Origin: an uncultured bacterium | Lineage (GTDB): Bacteria > Omnitrophota > Omnitrophia > Omnitrophales > Abzuiibacteriaceae | Direction: 5' to 3' | Assembly: GCA_964387845.1 (NCBI GenBank) | Contig: CAYLXA010000003.1 | Span: 32,001 to 96,000 of the forward strand | DNA: 64,000 nt | Part shown: positions 1-8,900 of the stretch, one piece after another | How positions within the stretch are numbered: the stretch's first letter is position 1 | Layout of the letters: every line of letters starts with the position of its first letter | Translations under genes and position numbers: made by a program | Notes under the pieces: generated by a model | What the model was told of the DNA's origin: nothing | The model's database searches: none | The model's input: only the letters and a program-made list of their open reading frames with translations

Positions 1-804
1 GGAGGATTTGTTTCGAGACATGCTGGTATAAATTACTACGGTCACGATAATCATTAATAAAATAAAAAGAGAATTGTGCTGCATGAAACGGCTTGTATCA
101 AGAACAAACTGAGTAATCTCTGGAAGTTTCCGGCCGCCGCCCATACTTTTAAATACTTGTTCAAAAGTTGGGATTACTTTGATCATAAATATTGCGATGG
201 CGCCGACAGAAAATGAAAGCAGAATAGCAGGGTAAATCATTGCTGATGTTACTTTGCGTTTGAACTTTTCGCTTGTTTCCTGATATTTATAAATCTCCTC
301 TAAAACATCCGGCAAAGTGCCGCTCGCTTCGCCGGCTTCAATCAATCCAAGCCAAAAAGGTGGAAATACTTTTGGATAATCCGCTAAAGAATTGCTCAAG
401 CTAAATCCTTGGCTGATTTTATCGATCGTGGAATGAATGACGCGTTTTAAGAGGCCTGCTTTAAGCCCCTGTTCAATAATAGAAAGTGATTTTAAGATCG
501 GGACACCGGCCCGCAAAAGCGCTATCAGCTGGATAAAAAAAGAAGTAAGATCGCTGCCTTTAACACTTTCGAAAAGCGTAATCTCGCCAAACGGTTTTTT
601 TGTACCCTCGGCCTTTTTTTGCTTGCTGCTTGAAGCGCCGAAACCAAAAAGGCCTTTTGCCTTTCCGCCTTCTTCAACGGAAAGGATCAAATAACCTTCA
701 TTCTGAAGCTGCTGGACAATTTGATCGGGCCGTTCGGCCTCTCGGACAAACTGCTCCAACTTTGCATCTGCTTCACGCTTTTTAGCACGGATGGTGAATT
801 TCAT
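1..804 (-). CDS. pilC: Type IV pilus/T2SS inner-membrane platform protein (GspF/PilC family), 5' part; gene continues beyond window start
   Basis: Manual translation of reverse strand from ATG (complement of 802..804): MKFTIRAKKREADAKLEQF... then GEITLFESVKGSDLTSFFIQLIALLRAGVPILKSLSIIEQ... and TM segment AMIYPAILLSFSVGAIAIFMIKVIPTF typical of T2SSF domains; not in ORF track because truncated at window edge. Confidence 0.7.
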   Translation of the reverse strand, partial: MKFTIRAKKREADAKLEQFVREAERPDQIVQQLQNEGYLILSVEEGGKAKGLFGFGASSSKQKKAEGTKKPFGEITLFESVKGSDLTSFFIQLIALLRAGVPILKSLSIIEQGLKAGLLKRVIHSTIDKISQGFSLSNSLADYPKVFPPFWLGLIEAGEASGTLPDVLEEIYKYQETSEKFKRKVTSAMIYPAILLSFSVGAIAIFMIKVIPTFEQVFKSMGGGRKLPEITQFVLDTSRFMQHNSLFILLMIIVTVVIYTSMSRNKSS

Positions 805-806
805 GT

Positions 807-848
807 TCAAGCTCCAAGCTACAAGCTTCAAGCCACAGGCTTCAAGCC
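807..848. repeat. Family A half-palindrome, left arm (ccaagctacaagcttcaagcc...)
   Basis: Matches left arm of full copy at 28664..28738; overlaps last codons of the 4HB gene. Confidence 0.65.
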
Positions 849-1214
849 TTTAACAACAGTTTCTCTAAAGCGATATAATTCCTTGCCTAGCTTTTCATAT
901 TTGCTCATTACTGCATTAAAAACAGATTCATCTTTTAAAGATTGAGTATCAAACAATAATTGCAAATGTTCTTTGGTTTCATCGCACGATGCGATTGCAT
1001 ATGTCAAATATCGTATAAACTCTTGTTGATATTGTTTTCGACCAAATCCTTCGACAATTGCCGCCGGAATTGATTTTGCTGATCGCCTTATTTGGCTACC
1101 TTCTTCATACATTTCTATCTTTGGCAATTTTTGAATCGTCATACTATGAACTTCAACTGCTAATTCATGAGCCAATTTGTATACCCTTAAATCCTTATAA
1201 CTTTGCTTTATCAT
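828..1214 (-). CDS. Four-helix-bundle protein (family typically encoded inside 23S rRNA intervening sequences)
   Basis: 128 aa, MIKQSYKDLRVYKLAHELAVEVHSMTIQKLPKIE...IRRSAKSIPAAIVEGFGR...FIRYLTYAIASCDETKEHL; recognisable 4HB/IVS-protein signature; flanked by inverted palindromic half-repeats (see repeats). Confidence 0.7.
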   Translation of the reverse strand: MIKQSYKDLRVYKLAHELAVEVHSMTIQKLPKIEMYEEGSQIRRSAKSIPAAIVEGFGRKQYQQEFIRYLTYAIASCDETKEHLQLLFDTQSLKDESVFNAVMSKYEKLGKELYRFRETVVKGLKPVA

Positions 1215-1217
1215 TTA

Positions 1218-1262
1218 CGCTTTAAGCTTTAAGCCTGAAGCTTGCAGCTTGTAGCCTGAAAC
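1218..1262. repeat. Family A half-palindrome, right arm (...aagcctgaagcttgcagcttgtagcctgaa)
   Basis: Matches right arm of full copy at 28664..28738; inverted relative to 807..848. Confidence 0.65.
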
Positions 1263-1264
1263 CG

Positions 1265-3448
1265 CTATTCATACGCCACACTCAAAACTTCCTCTAATGT
1301 TGTAACACCCTCTTCAACTTTCCGGACACCGCTGTCGAAAAGAGTTGCTATGCCGGCTTTTTTCTCAGCTTCCCTAAGCAGCTCGATCGGCTCATTGCGG
1401 GCAATCACGCTGCGCATTTCTTCCGTAATCGGCATGATTTCATAAATCGCAACACGGCCCCAGTAACCGATGTCGCGGCAATCTTTGCATCCTTTGGCTT
1501 TGTATATTTTTCGGACATTCAGCCGGAAATCCTTCATTTCTTTATCAGACGCTTCATAGGGCTCTTTACAGCTTGGGCACAATTTACGGACTAGGCGCTG
1601 CGCACCGATTAGAATCAAACTCGAAGCCACTAGATAAGGCTTCACACCAATATCAATGAGCCGCGTGACGGCCGTAGGCGCGTCATTCGTGTGCAACGTG
1701 CTCAAGACCAAATGACCCGTGAGTGCCGCACGCACACAAACATCGGCTGTTTCTTCATCGCGGACTTCGCCGACGAGGATAATGTCGGGATCTTGACGCA
1801 AAAATGCGCGCAAACCGGTTGCAAACGTAAGGCCAATGTCGGGCTTTACCTGCACCTGACCGACACCCTGCATTTGAAATTCGACCGGGTCTTCGATGGT
1901 TAAAATATTCGTTTCGGTAGATTTGACGAAATCAATTGCAGCATAAAGCGTCGTCGTTTTTCCGCTCCCGGTCGGGCCCGTGATATAAATAAGGCCATAC
2001 GGTTTTTCAACTGCATCCTGAAAAGCTTTAAGCTGTTTTTCATCAAACCCCAGGTCTTTGAGGCCTTTTAAGCCAGCACCTTTATCCAAAAGACGCATCA
2101 CGACCCGCTCTCCGAACACCACCGGAACCGTTGAAACACGGACGTCGATATTGCGGCTTTTGTAGGTAATTGAAAACGAGCCGTCCTGCGGGATTCTTTT
2201 TTCGGCGATATCCAACTTAGATAAAATTTTGACGCGTGAGACAACTGCCAAATGCATCTGTTTCGGGGGCGGCGGAAGTTCATACAAAATTCCATCAAGC
2301 CGGTAACGGACAATAAGGCGGTCTTCAAACGGTTCAATGTGAATATCGCTCGCACGGTCTTCGATGGCTTTTTTGAGAAGCAAATCGACAAATCGAATAA
2401 CGGGCGGCTGGTCGGCCTCAGCCATGCGTTCGGCAAGCATGACGCGGCCTTCTGTAACACCGCGGGCAGCTGACTTAGTTTCGGCCTCCATTTGCTTGCC
2501 GGTCACGACTTCTTCTAGCTGAATATCGCCGTAGAAGCTTTGGAGCTTTGCGCGCAAATCATTCGGCGTTGCGAGTACCGGAATAATTTCAAGGCCTGTT
2601 ATTTTTTTAAGATCGTCTAAAAGCAAAAGATCAAAAGGTTTCGCAAACGCGACTGTCAAATTTTTTCCGGACCTGAAAAGCGGAAGCGCAAACCTCTCCT
2701 TTGCAATTTTCTCCGGGAAAATGTCTTTTAACCTTTGGTCAGCCCGGGGATTAAGCTGATCACCCACCATAACCGGCAAATTAAGCTGTTGCGACAAAGC
2801 TACCATAATATCCGTCTCTCGCCGGACAAAACGCATGGTGACTAAGATTTCACCGAGCGGGGCACCTGTCTTTTTTTGATCTGCGAGCGCCTGTTGAAGC
2901 TGATCTTCTGAAATCAAACCCTGGCGGACTAAAATCTCGCCGAGCTTGAGCTTGCGCATGCTGGTTTTAACATCGGCAGACGCGTTTGGCTTATCACTTT
3001 CCTTAAATTCGGTTTTATAAAATGCGTCGATTTTAGCTTCTAAATCCTGTTTGTGCGCAAGCACAGGATCAATATCAAGACTGGTTGCTTTTTTGATATC
3101 GGAAAGAACGTCCGGCGTAAAATTATATGAGAAAGCAACGGTTAGTTTTCCTTCGGTTTTTGAAATGGGCAGCGCTAAATATTTCCGCGCCACAGCTTCG
3201 GGAAAAGCGTACTTGAGTTTCTGATCAGCGTGAGGGATCAGCTGATCACCGATTAAAATCTGAAGTTTATAAATTTGTGAGACAGCAACTACCAGGTCTG
3301 TTTCGCGGCGGATAAAATTGTTCTTGAGGAGAATATCGCCAATCGGCGCCTTACTGTCCTTTTGCTCTGACAGTGCCCGAGACAACTGCTCGGCACTCAT
3401 CAGGCCTTGGCTTACTAAAACATCGCCAAGTGAAGATGGGTCACTCAT
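1265..3448 (-). CDS. pilB: PilB/MshE/GspE-family pilus assembly ATPase with two tandem N-terminal MshEN-like domains
   Basis: 727 aa; Walker A GPTGSGKTTTLYAA; Asp box; tetracysteine CPSCKEP...CKDCRDIGYWGR; two N-terminal repeats each with the MshEN c-di-GMP motif pattern (SLGDVLVSQGLMSAEQLSRALSEQ and KLGEILVRQGLISEDQLQQALADQ). Confidence 0.9.
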   Translation of the reverse strand: MSDPSSLGDVLVSQGLMSAEQLSRALSEQKDSKAPIGDILLKNNFIRRETDLVVAVSQIYKLQILIGDQLIPHADQKLKYAFPEAVARKYLALPISKTEGKLTVAFSYNFTPDVLSDIKKATSLDIDPVLAHKQDLEAKIDAFYKTEFKESDKPNASADVKTSMRKLKLGEILVRQGLISEDQLQQALADQKKTGAPLGEILVTMRFVRRETDIMVALSQQLNLPVMVGDQLNPRADQRLKDIFPEKIAKERFALPLFRSGKNLTVAFAKPFDLLLLDDLKKITGLEIIPVLATPNDLRAKLQSFYGDIQLEEVVTGKQMEAETKSAARGVTEGRVMLAERMAEADQPPVIRFVDLLLKKAIEDRASDIHIEPFEDRLIVRYRLDGILYELPPPPKQMHLAVVSRVKILSKLDIAEKRIPQDGSFSITYKSRNIDVRVSTVPVVFGERVVMRLLDKGAGLKGLKDLGFDEKQLKAFQDAVEKPYGLIYITGPTGSGKTTTLYAAIDFVKSTETNILTIEDPVEFQMQGVGQVQVKPDIGLTFATGLRAFLRQDPDIILVGEVRDEETADVCVRAALTGHLVLSTLHTNDAPTAVTRLIDIGVKPYLVASSLILIGAQRLVRKLCPSCKEPYEASDKEMKDFRLNVRKIYKAKGCKDCRDIGYWGRVAIYEIMPITEEMRSVIARNEPIELLREAEKKAGIATLFDSGVRKVEEGVTTLEEVLSVAYE

Positions 3449-3453
3449 AAACG

Positions 3454-5472
3454 CTATGCGGGCTTCACCCGCAGAGGCGATGCGGCAGCTGAACCTTGAG
3501 GCGGAATTCCTTGATTTGCAGGCGCAGCCAAGGGTGTTGGGTTTTCCTCTGTTTTTGCAACCGCCTCTTTGGAAAGACCGGTGATCAAAGACGGTTGATC
3601 AGTTTCTTCTGAGTTTTCAGGCTGATTAGTTAGCGTGTTTGAATCAGACGAGGTCGTTTCTTTTTCTATTGATTCAGCAGCTACCGGTTCTCCGGACCCT
3701 TCCGCTGTGATTCCGATCGGCCAAGAATTGGTCGGTGCCGAAACGGTATTGAGCTTCTGGCTTTCAAGTTGAAGCGCCTGTTCTATTACTTTATTACGCT
3801 CGTCAAAAAACTGATCAACTTCCTCGCTGGCATCCTGGCCTTTGCTTCGATATCTTTCTTTAAACCAGGGTTTATCCCAAAACTTCCAAAACTCACTTGT
3901 TTCCTCTTCCATAGAAGTCATTTTGTCCGGAATAGACCGCGCTTGAACGATCCTGGAGTCTTCTCGCTTCACAATAACCGGCCTTAAGAAAATCATGAGT
4001 TCCCGGTCTAGTTTGTTGGTGGTCCATTTAGTAAAAAATGCACCAAAAAACGGTATATCACCCAAAATGGGGACCTTTCGGCGGATTTTAACCTCATCAC
4101 GCTGTAAGAGACCGCTGATTGAAATGACTTTACCGCTTTCAACCGAAAGCGTAGTACGAGTAGCGCGGATTCTGGGGTCGCGGAAATCCGTGTTGAATGT
4201 GGATGTATCTGCTGTAGCGTAACGGGGTTCTAAAAGTAATGTGATGTAATTTTCATCGTTGATGAGCGGTGTAACTTTCAACGTGACACCTGTTTCCGAC
4301 CGCTCGGCTGTTTCGGTGGTTAAATTTTCACCCGCTCCGCCGCCCGCCGAAACCTGGCTATTAACACCGATTACTTCATTGACCGTGATTTTAATAAAAG
4401 CCGGCTCGTTGTCTAAAACGAGAACTCTTGGCTTCGCGAGAACTTTTGTCCGAGAATCAGTTTGAAGGGCTCGTAAAGTGGCGGTCATTTGGCTGAAATC
4501 ATAACTACCGAAGGACAGCCCTGTTCCTTCTTCAAGTAAATCATGATTATCGGGAATTAAATCTCCAAATTGATTTATTGATGGTATATTAAAAACACCT
4601 CTCGCACCAGAAATTGTACCCAGAGAATTGTTTTCCCCAGACCCGTTCCCCCAATCAGTGCCTAAGTATTTGTCAAAATCGGTCGCTGTTTCCAAAATGA
4701 TTGCTTCGATCAAAACTTGATCAAGCGGATGATCAAGAATGGTTACGACTTTTTCAATTTGCTCAAGACGGTCCGGGGTGTCGGTCACAATCAGGCTGTT
4801 GGTTCTGTCATCAACGGTTACTTTGCCGCGCGGGCTCAACAAATCTTCAATTGTATCTTTAATTTCACTCGGCTCACCACCTGATACAGTTGCCGATGTT
4901 CCAATGCTTGAAGAGCCTACGCCGACACCAGAGCCTGTGGAAGACCCTGAAGAGCCGCCTGCCGAGCTTGATGTTGATTCGCTCAAGCTAAGTACTTTAA
5001 CTTTTGCCGCTCTTACGTATTTTAATTTAAAAACGCGTGTCTCAAGCGGAGCTAATGCATCTTCACCTGTGATACCGCGGATTAAAATAATGTTGCTTGC
5101 GCCCACTTTCTGCATAACCAGGCTATTGCCTTTGATGATTGCCTCCAAAGCATCATCAAACGAAACATTGTCCAAGAATAAACTGATTTTCTTTTTTGCG
5201 GCGTCTTCTGAAGTAACAAAATTAGCGCCCGAAAGCGAAGAAAGGACTTTGAGAACCTCGCTCAAACCAACATCCGAAAACTCGATTGACAGCTTTCCTT
5301 CTTCAGATTCCTTGATATTGGCAACCGGCGCTTCGGCTGTCTCGGTGCTGTAGGCAGATTGATCGTAATCATATTCGGCAGCATTGGCAGGCATCCCAAA
5401 AGAAAAGATGAGACAAACAATAAGAAGCTGGGGTGTGATTATATGATTAAAATGTATCTTAGATAGGTGCAT
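3454..5472 (-). CDS. pilQ: Secretin (PilQ/GspD family) with long low-complexity C-terminal extension
   Basis: 672 aa; signal peptide; secretin signature region VPILGDIPFFGAFFTKWTTNKLDRELMIFLRPVIV; N-domains LIVTDTPDRLEQIEKVV; acidic/Ser/Pro-rich ~170 aa tail. Confidence 0.85.
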   Translation of the reverse strand: MHLSKIHFNHIITPQLLIVCLIFSFGMPANAAEYDYDQSAYSTETAEAPVANIKESEEGKLSIEFSDVGLSEVLKVLSSLSGANFVTSEDAAKKKISLFLDNVSFDDALEAIIKGNSLVMQKVGASNIILIRGITGEDALAPLETRVFKLKYVRAAKVKVLSLSESTSSSAGGSSGSSTGSGVGVGSSSIGTSATVSGGEPSEIKDTIEDLLSPRGKVTVDDRTNSLIVTDTPDRLEQIEKVVTILDHPLDQVLIEAIILETATDFDKYLGTDWGNGSGENNSLGTISGARGVFNIPSINQFGDLIPDNHDLLEEGTGLSFGSYDFSQMTATLRALQTDSRTKVLAKPRVLVLDNEPAFIKITVNEVIGVNSQVSAGGGAGENLTTETAERSETGVTLKVTPLINDENYITLLLEPRYATADTSTFNTDFRDPRIRATRTTLSVESGKVISISGLLQRDEVKIRRKVPILGDIPFFGAFFTKWTTNKLDRELMIFLRPVIVKREDSRIVQARSIPDKMTSMEEETSEFWKFWDKPWFKERYRSKGQDASEEVDQFFDERNKVIEQALQLESQKLNTVSAPTNSWPIGITAEGSGEPVAAESIEKETTSSDSNTLTNQPENSEETDQPSLITGLSKEAVAKTEENPTPLAAPANQGIPPQGSAAASPLRVKPA

Positions 5473-5480
5473 GTAGGGTT

Positions 5481-5846
5481 TTAGCGCTTTTTTATCGGTA
5501 AAGTCTCCGTAATACCATCAGATAAAATATCGACTGATGTTTCGCCAATCTTAACTACCGTAATTCCACCCTTATTTTCCCCTTCGGCATAAGCCTGCCC
5601 ATCAATAATTACATAAGCACCGCGCGGGCCTCTTCCGACGCCTTGCACTTGAAAACTTGACTTTTCAACTCGTTTGACAGCTTCCTTCTTAGCTTTTTGG
5701 AAAATGCTCATTTCCTGAGGAACCATAGGGTCCCGCAGTCTTTGAACCGGTTGCGGTTCCTCTGCAAAACATACTGCGTGAACGCCTGCTATTAGAATAG
5801 CCCCAAATATGATGAAAACAAGCTTTAATTTAATGAATGGTCGCAT
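5481..5846 (-). CDS. Small periplasmic protein, possible PilP-like pilotin
   Basis: 121 aa with N-terminal hydrophobic signal (LVFIIFGAILIAGVHAVCFA); position between pilO-like and secretin genes. Confidence 0.35.
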   Translation of the reverse strand: MRPFIKLKLVFIIFGAILIAGVHAVCFAEEPQPVQRLRDPMVPQEMSIFQKAKKEAVKRVEKSSFQVQGVGRGPRGAYVIIDGQAYAEGENKGGITVVKIGETSVDILSDGITETLPIKKR

Positions 5847-6400
5847 TAATTCACCATAAAAACGCTGATATCGAGCTGTATTTTTTTATCGATGATATCA
5901 TCATCGCCACGACCGGCAGAAAATCTTCTTCTTTCCAATTCAAAGCCATTTAATTTGATAACAGAGGGAATTAAAAAATAGGGTGCTGACTCAATTTTTT
6001 TCAGAAACTGCAATACCTGAAGGTAATTGCCCTTTGCATCAAGCGTTAATGTCATCTTTACAAAATTAGTACCGAGTAGAGCCTCTTCTTTTGGATCAAT
6101 AGCCGCAACATCAATGCCTTGTTCTCTGGCCCAGTTGGCAACTTCACGAATCACATTATTTTTGTCTTTTGCAAGCGGAAACGCTTTCAAAATATCTTTC
6201 TCTTTCTTTGATAGCTCTGAAAGCTGCTCAATTGCTTTCGTCTTGCGGTTGGCCTCGGAAATATTTCTTCGTAGCAAATTAAGTTCGGCCATAGAATGTG
6301 AGACCACGTAAGAAAATGCGGCCAAAAGCGCAATCGATGCTATTGCGGGAAATAATACTTTCTTTTGAGCTTCTGTTAACGCCAAACTTCTCTTTGCCAT
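5846..6400 (-). CDS. PilO-like bitopic inner-membrane pilus assembly protein
   Basis: 184 aa, single TM (LFPAIASIALLAAFSYVV) followed by coiled coil; gene order pilMN-pilO-pilP-pilQ. Confidence 0.5.
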   Translation of the reverse strand: MAKRSLALTEAQKKVLFPAIASIALLAAFSYVVSHSMAELNLLRRNISEANRKTKAIEQLSELSKKEKDILKAFPLAKDKNNVIREVANWAREQGIDVAAIDPKEEALLGTNFVKMTLTLDAKGNYLQVLQFLKKIESAPYFLIPSVIKLNGFELERRRFSAGRGDDDIIDKKIQLDISVFMVN

Positions 6401-6419
6401 CGTCTTATCCGTTTACCTG

Positions 6420-7982
6420 TTAACTTGCGGTAATCCTGAATTTTGTAAACCGCCTGTCTTGATAAGTAATTCTTTCAATCCCTTCAAGCTTAAAATTCTG
6501 GAAGCCTTCCATGAACTCTGGAGATTTTTGGAGAGATTCTGCATATTCATTAACTCTGCGCAATTCTTCTTCCGGAATTTCACGGAAATAAATATAGCCC
6601 GAGAGCTGTAACTTTCGAGATGACAAGCCCAGCGCGCCGCCAATTCCAATACTTTCTTCGTAAGATAGGCCGGAAAACCACATAAACGCAGGGATGGTTT
6701 GGGACAGAAGCGTAAACTTTTTACTTAAGAAAGACTGACTTCTCTTGAAAGATTCGATTAATTGCGTTTTTGTTTGGATGTCCTGGACCTTTCTCTCAAG
6801 CTCGGATGCAGACTGCGTTGCAAATTCAGGAGCTTCATACGAAAGCTCGGTTGCGCGTGTGGCAGCTTTTTGCAGCATTTTCTTCAATTGATTTGCAGTG
6901 GGAATAAAATAACCGAAATAGAATCCGACACTGATCAATAAAATAGCCAAAATAGCGGCGCCTGTCCATTTGCGCGGTGCAAAGCGCTCTTCAAAAACAG
7001 CGCCTGATTGAAGAAGCGATACTTCTCCGACCGGAGACCGGATACCCATTGCTTTCATTGCGAGACCGGCTGAAATCATATACGCGCTGGATTCGGCTGC
7101 CTGCTCCGGCTTTTCAGTCGGAAATGATGCGATATTGATTTTGAGCCCGGGGTCAAAATTCTGTGCTAGGCGCTCTTTCCACAAATTAAGGTCTCCGTTC
7201 CCCGCGATAAACACCTGAGAAAGCGGCAGGTCGCCCGTTAGTTTTTTGAAATATTCAAAAGACGACTCAACTTCCATAAAGAATTTGTTGATGCTGTTGT
7301 CGTCTGAAAAAGAAACATAAAAATCACGGCACACATAAAGAATTTTGGCTTTTAAGAAGCAAAGAAAAATATCGCCGCTCGCCGAGAAATGAACCAGCAG
7401 CGCAGAACCGTTGGGATCAAACTGGCCTTCCAATGCCCGTGCCAAAGCATGAAAAGGCGGCTCACAGTCTAATAATTTAATGCCGGTGCTTTCAATCTGT
7501 TTGACGTGCGCTTTTAATGTATCGATTCGGATTGCGTTAAAAACAATTCCGAGAGAGCTTTTCCCCGATACGCCGTTGGCTTCATAACTAAACACGGTTT
7601 CATCAAGCCGGAATGGAACAAATCGAGACCCTTCAAATCTAATTGCTTCGGAAAGCTCCTTTTTTCCGACAGAAGGGATTTCAAAATACCGCGTTACGAC
7701 CTTGACGGAGGAAGGCCCTGAAACAATTTGAGAAGGTTTAACGCCGAATTGCTTCAGGCACTTTTGAATAGCAGACGATACTGCATCGCTTTGCTGTTCC
7801 GGAGATAACTCGTCGAAATCTTCCGAAAACATTTCCATTGCAAACCGGCTGATCACAAATCCGGAACCACTCTTGCGGACTTCGGCAATCCGAACACACT
7901 TCTCTTCGACATGAATGCCGACACCGCTTTTGATGAGGCCGAGTGAAAGTAGGATGTATCGCTGAAGCTGAATATTCTTCAT
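6420..7982 (-). CDS. pilM: PilM-PilN fusion protein (actin-like ATPase domain fused to PilN-like TM/periplasmic segment)
   Basis: 520 aa; N-terminus GIHVEEKCVRIAEVRK like PilM start; internal TM AAILAILLISVGFYFGYFIP at about aa 335 followed by PilN-like region. Confidence 0.7.
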   Translation of the reverse strand: MKNIQLQRYILLSLGLIKSGVGIHVEEKCVRIAEVRKSGSGFVISRFAMEMFSEDFDELSPEQQSDAVSSAIQKCLKQFGVKPSQIVSGPSSVKVVTRYFEIPSVGKKELSEAIRFEGSRFVPFRLDETVFSYEANGVSGKSSLGIVFNAIRIDTLKAHVKQIESTGIKLLDCEPPFHALARALEGQFDPNGSALLVHFSASGDIFLCFLKAKILYVCRDFYVSFSDDNSINKFFMEVESSFEYFKKLTGDLPLSQVFIAGNGDLNLWKERLAQNFDPGLKINIASFPTEKPEQAAESSAYMISAGLAMKAMGIRSPVGEVSLLQSGAVFEERFAPRKWTGAAILAILLISVGFYFGYFIPTANQLKKMLQKAATRATELSYEAPEFATQSASELERKVQDIQTKTQLIESFKRSQSFLSKKFTLLSQTIPAFMWFSGLSYEESIGIGGALGLSSRKLQLSGYIYFREIPEEELRRVNEYAESLQKSPEFMEGFQNFKLEGIERITYQDRRFTKFRITAS

Positions 7983-8013
7983 GGATTAATTTTGATGAGC
8001 TCGGGCCGAAAAC

Positions 8014-8793
8014 TTAAGAAATCAATACGGCCCGGTCACTTTCTTGAATTCTTGCCCGTAAATCTTCGCTGATGATTGAGATTGCCGAAATTTTATCCTG
8101 GACACGCTCCACGCTGCCAACCCCTAACAATACATCTTGCCGGTAAAGTTCGACAAGGCCGCCCGGCTTAACACCGTTTAGAGAACCAAAATTAGCAATC
8201 ACAAATCCGTATTCGCGGTCCACCGATATAACCTGTCCGGCTGCGATTTCCGCGCGAGCATCTGGTTTGTTCACGGATTCAACCGAAAAAATTGACGGAA
8301 TGGCGGACCCGGAGCCGGTATTTTGAGCCGATGATCCTTGGAGCGCAGAAACAGCCGTTGGGTCTCCGAGTGCTGCCCGGATAGGTTCTAGTGATTTGGT
8401 CAGCAGCATATTGAAATCGGCATATTGTTTTATTTCACTTTCAAGCTCTTCAATCCGCTTTTCATAATTTTTCTGGAGTTCGGCGATTTCATCTACTTTT
8501 CTTTTTACATCGGCTTCTGCTATTTCCTGATTTTTCTTGGCTTCGGCGGTTTCTTGAGTTAATGTTTCAACTTTTTTCTGGTAACTTTCAAGCTCTGCTT
8601 TTGATTTTTGAAGTTCAGCCGCTGCTTTTAACTTTTCCTCCTCCAAAAATCCAATCCGAACCGACATTTGATCTCTAGATTTGACAGCTTCCGTCGAACT
8701 CCAGTAGAAATAACCGGCTGCACAGGCAACTAAAACAAGGACAACAATGAGGACAACATTTGTGGGATTTCGCTTCTCAAGAGTGATCGCCAT
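8014..8793 (-). CDS. Coiled-coil bitopic membrane protein, function unknown (possibly pilus-associated)
   Basis: 259 aa; TM VVLIVVLVLVACAAGYFYW; long E/K-rich coiled coil; C-terminal beta-rich domain. Confidence 0.4.
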   Translation of the reverse strand: MAITLEKRNPTNVVLIVVLVLVACAAGYFYWSSTEAVKSRDQMSVRIGFLEEEKLKAAAELQKSKAELESYQKKVETLTQETAEAKKNQEIAEADVKRKVDEIAELQKNYEKRIEELESEIKQYADFNMLLTKSLEPIRAALGDPTAVSALQGSSAQNTGSGSAIPSIFSVESVNKPDARAEIAAGQVISVDREYGFVIANFGSLNGVKPGGLVELYRQDVLLGVGSVERVQDKISAISIISEDLRARIQESDRAVLIS

Positions 8794-8857
8794 GGTTTTG
8801 TTTGTTTTAATTCGGTTAATTTTACCTTTTAATTAGTAAAACACTGCGTTGAGTTTC

Positions 8858-8886
8858 TTTCATTATCGACTACTTATTAGTAGTCC
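8858..8886 (-). terminator. Hairpin (cgactacttattagtagtc) immediately downstream of glmS stop
   Basis: Perfect 8-bp inverted repeat with 3-nt loop seen at about 8862..8882, in the 107-nt spacer after glmS. Confidence 0.4.
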
Positions 8887-8900
8887 CTTAATAGAAATCA

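Noticed and set aside
4739-5353. 204-aa plus-strand ORF (and many other 60-200 aa ORFs in the track, e.g. 19720..20160, 50703..51146, 60259..60837, 12138..12674)
   Set aside because: These lie antisense to, or out-of-frame within, well-supported longer genes with recognisable conserved motifs. They show low-complexity, amino-acid-biased translations typical of shadow ORFs.
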